Assembly (NCBI GenBank): GCA_958296055.1
Contig: CATQHS010000001.1
Span: 692,277 to 756,276 of the forward strand
Source of the DNA: an uncultured Acidimicrobiales bacterium
GTDB taxonomy: Bacteria > Actinomycetota > Acidimicrobiia > Acidimicrobiales > Aldehydirespiratoraceae
Length of the DNA: 64,000 nt
Reading direction: 5' to 3'
This document shows, piece by piece, positions 1-7,144 of this stretch. The notes beneath the pieces were generated by a model. It worked only from the letters and a program-made list of their open reading frames with translations, was not told the DNA's origin and searched no databases. How positions within the stretch are numbered: position 1 is the first letter of the stretch; every line of letters starts with the position of its first letter. Made by a program: the position numbers and the translations under genes.

Positions 1-773
1 TCGATATCACCACTTCCTGTATCGGGGTCTCGGAAGTAATAGAGACAGCCGTCAGTCAAGCTGTTCTCAAGCATACGCAGGATTGAGGTCCCTCTAACGA
101 CACCGTCCGGCTGGGTCGGGGTTTGAATCAGTTGATGGAATGGCGAGTCTTCGTCGAAATTGAGTCGCTCCAAAACAAACGAGGGGAAGCGTTTGCGCAT
201 CAGCGCAGGTGGGAGAGGTCCCTCGGTGGAGGGCAGCAGTTCGTAGACTAAGCCCTTAGGAAGTGGTCTCGTTGAGTTCACGAGGATGAACTGAGCGCGC
301 TGCTCGCCCTTGCTTGCCGTGATGAAGGCGGTGATGCACAGCGGGAAGAAGTCTACATCAGCCTCACGAACGGCAGCGCACCTTTGCTGGCCATCGACAA
401 TCCAGCCGGGCTTGTCCTCATCCGGCAGATCCTCATCGACAGGAACGATCAGCGTGCCTGGGGTCACGTATCCGTCATCTTGACTGATAGGCTCGGTCGG
501 CTCGAAATGAACTCGAGTGTCGAAGGCGACGACGATCGCGTTGGGGATCATCGGCGAAGTCGTTTCGATATATGAACGGATCGCGGCGACATGAGCCAAT
601 ACCTCGGGCCTTTGATAGCCTGCGATCTGCCGCTCATCGCGTCGTACCCGACTTACCGTCGTGAACTTCGACAAATCTTTGCCGTCAACGGCAAACGTAT
701 AGAGCCGCCGTTCGCGGCCCTGTCGCACCTCAAGGGCAGAGAACCGCAGTTCGTACGTTGACTCCCCACTCAC
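1..773 (-). CDS. DGQHR-domain protein (DndB/DpdB-like); 3' end cut by the window edge
   Basis: Absent from the ORF track because it runs off the left edge. Reverse-strand reading from GTG at 773 gives VSGESTYELRFSALEVRQGRERRLYTFAVDGKDL...PGWIVDGQQRCAAVREADVDFFPLCITAFITASKGEQRAQFILVNSTRPLPKGLVYELL... It has the DGQ(H/Q)R motif and an FI.VN...PL block. GAGGAG lies 12 nt upstream. The gap to the upstream gene is only 8 nt. Confidence 0.75.
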   Translation of the reverse strand, partial: MSGESTYELRFSALEVRQGRERRLYTFAVDGKDLSKFTTVSRVRRDERQIAGYQRPEVLAHVAAIRSYIETTSPMIPNAIVVAFDTRVHFEPTEPISQDDGYVTPGTLIVPVDEDLPDEDKPGWIVDGQQRCAAVREADVDFFPLCITAFITASKGEQRAQFILVNSTRPLPKGLVYELLPSTEGPLPPALMRKRFPSFVLERLNFDEDSPFHQLIQTPTQPDGVVRGTSILRMLENSLTDGCLYYFRDPDTGSGDI

Positions 774-781
774 GGTACCAG

Positions 782-2032
782 TTAACTCCTCGGGTCAGTC
801 CGGTCGAGTTCTCGGTGAAGTCTCTCTGAGAAGACCGCGAGATTATGAAATCCTCGTCGCCGATTCCGGTCGGCTCCCCGAAAGATGATCACTTCAACCC
901 CGATCTCCCTGCAGACATTGCATCTGCATCGCTTCCACGGTGTTGCCTCAAGCGTTCGTTGATACTCTGCACTCCAATCCTTTTTCGCCTTGAACAGTTC
1001 AGCGTACGAGCAAATCGCGTCAAGAACACTCTCGACACTTTCGTTGCCTCGGTCGTAATTTCGCAACCGACTGAGACAGTCTCGTTCTAGCTGCCGAGCC
1101 AATTTCTGATCGACTAGGCCCGCCGTCACCTGTCTGCGCAACCTGGTGTTGCCATCGACTTGAGGGATGCGAAGGGCGACAAAACTGCTATCGAGCGTGT
1201 AGTAGTTGTCCTTCTCATCCTTAAAGGCTTGGCGGAAGGGAGATGTGCTATCAAAACTCGTCACACCGAACCCTGCAAAGTCATGTACATGCGCCGTGCG
1301 GGTGATGCCCAAGAGGTGCAGTTGCGCGGTTGGATCGAGAGCGATCGATACCTCCTTAAGCGACTTGAGGATATCGGGGGTCTTCAGCGGCACCATGCCC
1401 CCAAGAGCAATCCGGCCGTACCCGATGCTCTGCAGTTGCGTCACTGCCCTCGCATAGGACAGTGGGCTCCAACCGTGGGCTACTGCCATGGGTTCGAACT
1501 GGCACCTGCGAGCCCGGTGCAACCGGAGGAACTCTGCTGCGAGTTCGATGGTGAGGCTCTGACGGAACTTCCACTCCTCCGGTACGTCGTCGGCGCTCTT
1601 CGCGTCCAGTTCAGCGTCATAGCCGAAGATCAGGTGGTCCATCGCGATTCCTAGGTCCAGGTTGCATTCATCGTAGAAGTCCAAGACCTCCTCAACTGTG
1701 TACACGGGTTGATCTTCGCGTACGTAGGTGAACGCGCCGCAATCGCCCATGATCTTGAGGTAATCGCCTCTCTGATCAAGCCGGAAAAATCGCTTGGCAC
1801 CTTGTCGATAGAGACGGTTGCGTTGGGCCTCGGTATATTTGGCTGTTGTCCCAAATAGGCCGTCCACGATGGGCTTGGAGATCAGCAGCCCGTCGTATGG
1901 TGGCGGATCGATAACTTCATGGGCATAGCGATCGTCTCTCTGGCGGACGCGATAGATTGATCGCTGCTCTTTGATAAAGTCGAAACTCGGGTCGACTTGA
2001 TCCTGGCTGTCGGGGAAGTAGAACTGCATCAC
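782..2032 (-). CDS. tRNA-guanine-transglycosylase-fold protein, DpdA-like (putative DNA base-exchange enzyme)
   Basis: 416-aa ORF with TGT-fold landmarks GDCGAFTY, IALGGMVPLK, HLLGITR and VTSFDSTSPFRQA, plus the Zn site CRCNVC...GFH. The upstream gene's stop overlaps its start (GTGATG at 2027-2032). GC is much lower than in the core genes. Confidence 0.75.
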   Translation of the reverse strand: MMQFYFPDSQDQVDPSFDFIKEQRSIYRVRQRDDRYAHEVIDPPPYDGLLISKPIVDGLFGTTAKYTEAQRNRLYRQGAKRFFRLDQRGDYLKIMGDCGAFTYVREDQPVYTVEEVLDFYDECNLDLGIAMDHLIFGYDAELDAKSADDVPEEWKFRQSLTIELAAEFLRLHRARRCQFEPMAVAHGWSPLSYARAVTQLQSIGYGRIALGGMVPLKTPDILKSLKEVSIALDPTAQLHLLGITRTAHVHDFAGFGVTSFDSTSPFRQAFKDEKDNYYTLDSSFVALRIPQVDGNTRLRRQVTAGLVDQKLARQLERDCLSRLRNYDRGNESVESVLDAICSYAELFKAKKDWSAEYQRTLEATPWKRCRCNVCREIGVEVIIFRGADRNRRRGFHNLAVFSERLHRELDRTDPRS

Positions 2033-2961
2033 GCCTGCCCGAACAGTAGGCTAAACCGTGCCTGCTCGCACGCCTTGCCTTCGTCACGGAAGCGTCGGAG
2101 CGCAGATGTCTTGGTCGCGTTCGGGAACTCCGCCAAGTACTCGCAGATCCAGTCCAAGATCACGTCGTCACGCTGCCGCCGACGATTGAAAGAAGGAAGT
2201 TCGCCAGCCGTCGCCGTCAGTTCGGCCACGATGCTCCGAGCCTCGTCTACGTTATACGCAAGGTTTCCGAGTTTTGCAAGAACCGCCTTGGCCGCGCGGA
2301 GGTTGGTTGACGACAGCGAGCCGCCAAGCACGAGCCTCAGACTGCCGGATACCGCCACCCAGCATTCTTCCAATCCCGCTAGGGGCTTACCAGAAGCGAA
2401 GACCATTACTCGCTTGGGATCACCGAGGCGCTCAATGAGAGTTGTCAAATCGGTGGCTATCGCATCGAGATAGTCTCGTCCCACGCAGACTACCACGCTT
2501 GTGGCAGATTCAGCCTGCTCGAGATCAACGAGGCGCTGAGGGCCGCCCCGATGCAGAACCTCGGCACGCGTCAATTCATCCCACCACTGCCGCCGGACAT
2601 GGCGGGATGCCATTAGATCCGACGTTGCGAGCACTGAATCCGGGTGTCGAGCAGAAAGGGTTGCCCCGTACATTGGCACTCTGTCGCGAATTCCAACAAG
2701 ACCTAAGCCAGCCGAAACAACAGAGACGCTGATCTGCCTGGACGACTCGGCGCATGAAGCGAGTTCCATTCCAGTTTTCCAGTACTCCCCTGCGTACAGA
2801 TCCGTAGCCATGAACCGCCGAGGAGATGTCGAGACAAGAGCAACCCACTTGGCGACACGATCCGATACGGGCACCTGACCGACATTGCGTAACTGCGGAT
2901 ACTCGGGCTCTAACGCACGCTTACGGGCTGTACAAGAGAGGATGATATGCAGTTTCTGCAT
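2029..2961 (-). CDS. Hypothetical protein with a YaaA/DUF328- or DUF6884-like N-terminal region
   Basis: 310-aa ORF with an ATG start at 2961. N-terminal pattern is HIILSCTARKR...DLYAGEYW...VVSAGLGLV...PMYGATLS. The family assignment is from memory of the motif pattern only. It is first in the coupled three-gene cassette. Confidence 0.5.
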   Translation of the reverse strand: MQKLHIILSCTARKRALEPEYPQLRNVGQVPVSDRVAKWVALVSTSPRRFMATDLYAGEYWKTGMELASCAESSRQISVSVVSAGLGLVGIRDRVPMYGATLSARHPDSVLATSDLMASRHVRRQWWDELTRAEVLHRGGPQRLVDLEQAESATSVVVCVGRDYLDAIATDLTTLIERLGDPKRVMVFASGKPLAGLEECWVAVSGSLRLVLGGSLSSTNLRAAKAVLAKLGNLAYNVDEARSIVAELTATAGELPSFNRRRQRDDVILDWICEYLAEFPNATKTSALRRFRDEGKACEQARFSLLFGQA

Positions 2962-2986
2962 CTACTGACACTACCGACTATGGCAA

Positions 2987-3739
2987 CTAGGGAGCACTGC
3001 CATGACGCCCAGAGCGCCCTCCTCTATCCTTCATGGCACCGGTCGGGGCAGCCGCGGCTTGTCTCAGCGTTGCCAGATGGGCGCGCACCGCTGGGACGCG
3101 ACCTAGCAGATAGCTGAGAACCTCGTCTTTTTGGCGCTCGAACACCGGATCGCCGTCGAGCGCGCCCGACTCTTCTAGCAAATTGACGATCCTGTCCAGA
3201 GTCGGAGAGTGCAAAGACGTGCCGTACCTTTGAGTGTGGAACCGAATCCCGTCCTCAATGGTGTACGGGCTCTGAGAGTCCAACGCCGCTATGTCGATGT
3301 AGTCCCGAACCTTCGGTCGATACATGATGACGTCGAGCTTAGACGCGAACAGGTCGGGCAGGGAGGCCACTCGCATCCCGCTCACGCTCAAACTTCGACC
3401 GATCGGCTCGACGTAACCGGGACGGTCTCCCCGTACAGGAGCGAGGAAGACCTGAACGGACACGCCGGAGACTAGAGCCTGCAACCAATCCGTCTCAGCA
3501 GCCATCAGCTCGAATGACAGAGAGCGCTGCTCCATCCGCTTGGCCACTTGACGCCCCGAGAATGTCCGTTGCGCCATGTAGTCCAAGTCATACGACATCC
3601 GGTGGCGCAGGTGCACGGCCAATGCCGTGCCTCCCATCAGGGCTCCGCTCATGGGGGTGACCGCCGCGGCCACTGCCCGCCATACTTCGCACATGCGGTC
3701 ACCGAGCAAATCGCTCCAATCCTCGATGTCCGGTTTCAT
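2987..3739 (-). CDS. Nucleotidyltransferase toxin of the AbiEii/AbiGii family (DUF1814)
   Basis: An internal ATG at 3739 (MKPDIEDW...) was chosen over the 324-aa ORF, whose Arg-rich N-terminus overlaps the upstream gene. NTase motif GALMGGTALAVHLRHRMSYDLDY and a later KLDVIMYRPKVRDYIDIAAL block are present. The junction with the upstream gene is an ATGA overlap (3736-3739). Confidence 0.8.
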   Translation of the reverse strand: MKPDIEDWSDLLGDRMCEVWRAVAAAVTPMSGALMGGTALAVHLRHRMSYDLDYMAQRTFSGRQVAKRMEQRSLSFELMAAETDWLQALVSGVSVQVFLAPVRGDRPGYVEPIGRSLSVSGMRVASLPDLFASKLDVIMYRPKVRDYIDIAALDSQSPYTIEDGIRFHTQRYGTSLHSPTLDRIVNLLEESGALDGDPVFERQKDEVLSYLLGRVPAVRAHLATLRQAAAAPTGAMKDRGGRSGRHGSAP

Positions 3740-4680
3740 GGTGTCTCGCGGGCGCGAATGGTCGAATCCAGCGTCACGGCGATGCTGCCCGCGTCGTAGC
3801 CGCGCCTGGCCCGGATCTGTTTCAGCGCCTCCACGGGAAGATGCGTCAGCGCCCAGTTGCGAGCCGCCACGTCTGGGCCGCTGAGCATCGTGTCGGCCAC
3901 CGTCAAGGCGTGCTCGGGAAGCCGCAGATCCGCGGCGTTGGCGCCCGACCAGAACAGCCACCAGAACTCATGGGGCACCCGCTCGGGGCATTCCCCGACG
4001 ATGGCCGGGCGCCGCGGCAGGTATGCGATCGCCTCGGAACAGACCTCGGAAGGCGACATAGACCACACCCGCGCTCGGGTCGGCCGATAGCCGCGCTGCA
4101 CCGCGGCCTCCTCGCAAACCGCATAGCCGCGGCGGGCCAACTCGTTCAAACAGCGCCGGGCGTGCGCCGGCGAGAGGCGCGCCTCGGTGGCGATCCGGTC
4201 CGCGGTCGCGCCCCGGTAACAGCTCCGCAGCACGGCCATGACCGTCCGCTGACCGGCTGTCAGAGACTCAATCGGGTTGGCGTCGGGGTCGAGGTACCAC
4301 GGCAGCCTCCGAGTCACGACTGATTCAATGTCGGCGGGCATTCGCAGCAGGGCTTCGAGCCGTCTCGGGCCCGGCGGACGTTCGGTGAGCTCCAGGGCGC
4401 GGGCCACCCTCCGGGCGGTCGGAGCGGACACGCCCAACAGCCGCTTCACGCCACTCGGACTGGTGTCCTCGGCGTCGGCCGCCCTCGCCCACGCGTCTAA
4501 ACCGATCTTCGACGAATGCAGCGCCGACTCGGTGGTGACCGTGAAGTCGCGGCGGCAGGCCCGGCAACGCCATCTGCTCAAGGTTCTCCGCGGCCGGACT
4601 GCGACCTTCTCGTCGGAACACCGTGGGCATCGAATGCCGCCCGGCCACCGAAGGCGAACGCACAGAGCTTCGGTGCTCAC
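3736..4680 (-). CDS. Zn-ribbon + winged-helix protein, putative cognate antitoxin or regulator for the AbiEii toxin
   Basis: 314-aa ORF with a GTG start at 4680. The N-terminus RLRWPGGIRCPRCSDEKV...RWRCRACRRDF is a four-Cys ribbon like the transposase Zn-ribbon domain. The central LTAGQRTVMAVLR...ADRIATEARLSPAHARRCLNELARRGYAV resembles a wHTH. Its stop is coupled to the toxin start. Confidence 0.55.
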   Translation of the reverse strand: MSTEALCVRLRWPGGIRCPRCSDEKVAVRPRRTLSRWRCRACRRDFTVTTESALHSSKIGLDAWARAADAEDTSPSGVKRLLGVSAPTARRVARALELTERPPGPRRLEALLRMPADIESVVTRRLPWYLDPDANPIESLTAGQRTVMAVLRSCYRGATADRIATEARLSPAHARRCLNELARRGYAVCEEAAVQRGYRPTRARVWSMSPSEVCSEAIAYLPRRPAIVGECPERVPHEFWWLFWSGANAADLRLPEHALTVADTMLSGPDVAARNWALTHLPVEALKQIRARRGYDAGSIAVTLDSTIRARETP

Positions 4681-4741
4681 CGCTCAAGCCTATCGCTAAC
4701 GATGGGGCTTTATCTTTCGATATGTACGAGATGTACGAGAC

Positions 4742-5689
4742 TCAGCCCCAACCGAGCTGGCTGCGGGCCTGGGCCACGTCGAGGGCCAACTGCTCGGCGA
4801 GCTGGTCGATCCCTTCGAACTTGCGCTCGCTGCGGATGAAGTCGATCAGCTCCACCCGCACCTCGCGGTCGTACAGGTCGCCGTCGAAGTCCATGAAATG
4901 GACCTCCAGCAACGACTGCTCGGCGTGCTCGTGGAAGGTGGGGCGGCGGCCGATGTTGATGGCGCAGCCCCGGCGGCTGCCGTCGTCGAGGATGCCCCAG
5001 CCCGAGTAGACGGCGTCGGCGGGCCAGGCCATCAGGGGGGGTGCCGGGATGTTGGCGGTGGGGAAGCCGATGGTGCGGCCCCGCTGCTCGCCTCTCACCA
5101 CCACGCCCCGGACCTCATAGGGCCGGCCCAGCATCCGGGCCGCCCGGGCCACGTCGCCCCCGGCCAGCGCCCGCCGGATGGCGGTGGACGACACCGGCTC
5201 CGGGGCGTCGGACCGGTGCCGGATCAGCTCCACCGGCACCACCTCGAAATCCCACTCCCGGCCCAGCCGGATCATCTCGTCCACATTGCCGGAGCGGCCC
5301 TTGCCGAAATGGAAGTCCTCGCCCACCACGATGGCCCGAGCGTGCAGGGCGTCCAAGAACACCTGCTCCACGAACTCCTCGGGGTTGGTGCCGGCCCGGA
5401 TCTCGTCGAAATGGATGACGTAGGCGTAGTCCAGCCCCTGGGCCTCCAGCAGCTCCAGCTTCTGGTCGAGGGTGGTGAGCAGCTTGGGCGCGTTCTCGGG
5501 CCGCACCACGTGGGCGGGATGGATGTCGAAGGTGACCACGGCCGAGGCCACCTCCAGCCGGGCCGCGGTCACCGCCACCTGCGAGAACACCTCCTGATGC
5601 CCGAGGTGGACGCCGTCGAACACGCCGACGGTGGCCGCCACCGACACCGCGGCGGGCAGCCGGTCGCGCTGATCGTGCAGCAACTCCAT
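4742..5689 (-). CDS. ribF: Bifunctional riboflavin kinase / FMN adenylyltransferase
   Basis: 315 aa. VGVFDGVHLGHQ, GEDFHFGKGRSG and a C-terminal riboflavin kinase block (GFPTANI...EVHFMDFDGDLYDREV). Confidence 0.92.
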   Translation of the reverse strand: MELLHDQRDRLPAAVSVAATVGVFDGVHLGHQEVFSQVAVTAARLEVASAVVTFDIHPAHVVRPENAPKLLTTLDQKLELLEAQGLDYAYVIHFDEIRAGTNPEEFVEQVFLDALHARAIVVGEDFHFGKGRSGNVDEMIRLGREWDFEVVPVELIRHRSDAPEPVSSTAIRRALAGGDVARAARMLGRPYEVRGVVVRGEQRGRTIGFPTANIPAPPLMAWPADAVYSGWGILDDGSRRGCAINIGRRPTFHEHAEQSLLEVHFMDFDGDLYDREVRVELIDFIRSERKFEGIDQLAEQLALDVAQARSQLGWG

Positions 5690-5778
5690 CGCCGCCTACC
5701 GATGCCCTGTCGCCAGCGACAAGGCGATGCCGTGCTCTCCGTGTCCCGGTTCCATCGCCGGCCGACGCTACCGGTGCC

Positions 5779-6657
5779 TCACCCGGCCACCACCACCATC
5801 GGCTTGGCCGCCGCGCCGAAGGGCTCGTACACGGCCAGCAGCTCGCCGACGGGGCCGTGGACGGCCCACGGGCCTTGGCCGGTGGCCCCGAGGCGGTCGC
5901 AGTCCAGCACCCGGCCGCAACCGACGTCGGCCGCGCCGGCCTCGTCCACGCTCACGCCGGGGAGGTGACTCACGGCCGCGGCCATCGGCAGCAGGACCGG
6001 GCTGGACACCGGGCGGGCCTGGTCCAGGCCGAAGCCCCCCACCGCGGTGCGGCGCAGCGACCGCAGATGGGCACCGCCTCCCAGGGCCCGGCCCAAGTCC
6101 GAGGCCAGGACCCGGACGTAGGTGCCCGATGAGCACTCGACCGCGGCCCGCCACACCCCTTCGGACCCGGCGGCGGGGGCCACATCGAAGCGGTGAACGG
6201 TCACGGGCCGGGCCGGGCGGTCGACCTCCACGCCCTCGCGGGCCAGCTCGTACAGCCGCCGGCCCCCCACCTTCACCGCCGACACCATGGGCGGCACCTG
6301 CATGATCTCGCCGGTGAGAGCCTCGGCCGCGGCCCTCACCTCGGTCTCGGCCACCTCGGCCATGTCCCAGCGGGCCATGACCCGGCCCGACGAGTCGCCG
6401 GTGTCCGTCTCAGCCCCGAGCACGATCTCGGCCTCGTAGCTTTTGGGCAAGACGGTGAGGAAGCGCAGCAGGCGGGTAGCCCGCCCCACCCCCAGCACCA
6501 GCACGCCGGTGGCGTCGGGGTCGAGCGTCCCGCTGTGGCCGACCCGGCCGGTGCCCAGCACGCCGCGGGTTTTGGCCACCACGTCGTGGCTGGTCCACCC
6601 GGCCGGCTTGTCCACCACCGCCACGCCGCTCGGGCCGCCGCCCCGCCGCCGGCTCAC
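5779..6657 (-). CDS. truB: tRNA pseudouridine(55) synthase
   Basis: 292 aa. VDKPAGWTSHDVV...GHSGTLDPDATGVLVLGVG. Conserved position between rbfA and ribF. Confidence 0.92.
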   Translation of the reverse strand: MSRRRGGGPSGVAVVDKPAGWTSHDVVAKTRGVLGTGRVGHSGTLDPDATGVLVLGVGRATRLLRFLTVLPKSYEAEIVLGAETDTGDSSGRVMARWDMAEVAETEVRAAAEALTGEIMQVPPMVSAVKVGGRRLYELAREGVEVDRPARPVTVHRFDVAPAAGSEGVWRAAVECSSGTYVRVLASDLGRALGGGAHLRSLRRTAVGGFGLDQARPVSSPVLLPMAAAVSHLPGVSVDEAGAADVGCGRVLDCDRLGATGQGPWAVHGPVGELLAVYEPFGAAAKPMVVVAG

Positions 6658-6724
6658 GGCTGATGAGGGCAGCCCGGCCGCGCCAGCCCACGGCTAATGC
6701 GGATCGCCGCCCGGCCAGGCCGGC

Positions 6725-7138
6725 TCACGGCCGGTTCGAAACGTCCGGGCCGGGGTGATCCAGCTCTCCCAGCAGCAGATCGATGCGCTCGCCGGTGCGC
6801 ACCGAGGCGTCGGGCCGGAACCGAAGGGCCGGGATCTTGCGGAGCCGGGCCTCGTCGCCCACCGACCGGCGGAGCCGGGCCCCGTGCTCCTCGAAGGCCT
6901 CGGCGATCTCGGGGGCGTCGTCGCCGTCGAGGGTGGTGAACCACACCGTCGCCCGGTCCAGGTCGCGGTCGACGTCCACCCCGGTCACCGACACCAGCCC
7001 CAAGCGCTCGTCGTCGATCTCCTCGAGGGCCTCGGCCACGATGCGGCGGATCAGCTCGGCCACCCGGGCGGGGCGGTGGCCCGCCCGGTGGTCGGGATGG
7101 AACCGGGTCTCGCGGGATCGGCGGGAATGGCGGGCCAT
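6725..7138 (-). CDS. rbfA: Ribosome-binding factor A
   Basis: 137 aa. RVAELIRRIVAEALEE...VSVTGVDVDRDLDRATVWF. Immediately downstream of infB. Confidence 0.9.
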   Translation of the reverse strand: MARHSRRSRETRFHPDHRAGHRPARVAELIRRIVAEALEEIDDERLGLVSVTGVDVDRDLDRATVWFTTLDGDDAPEIAEAFEEHGARLRRSVGDEARLRKIPALRFRPDASVRTGERIDLLLGELDHPGPDVSNRP

Positions 7139-7144
7139 CCCCGA

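Noticed and set aside
384-575. A 63-aa plus-strand ORF, and other small ORFs (845-1090, 1160-1654), inside the island
   Set aside because: They lie antisense to the DGQHR and TGT-like genes, which have clear family motifs. No motif or RBS supports them.
3740-3961. An Arg-rich 74-aa N-terminal extension of the AbiEii ORF (the 324-aa version)
   Set aside because: It overlaps the 3' end of the upstream gene. The internal ATG gives a typical ~250-aa toxin with an ATGA coupling.
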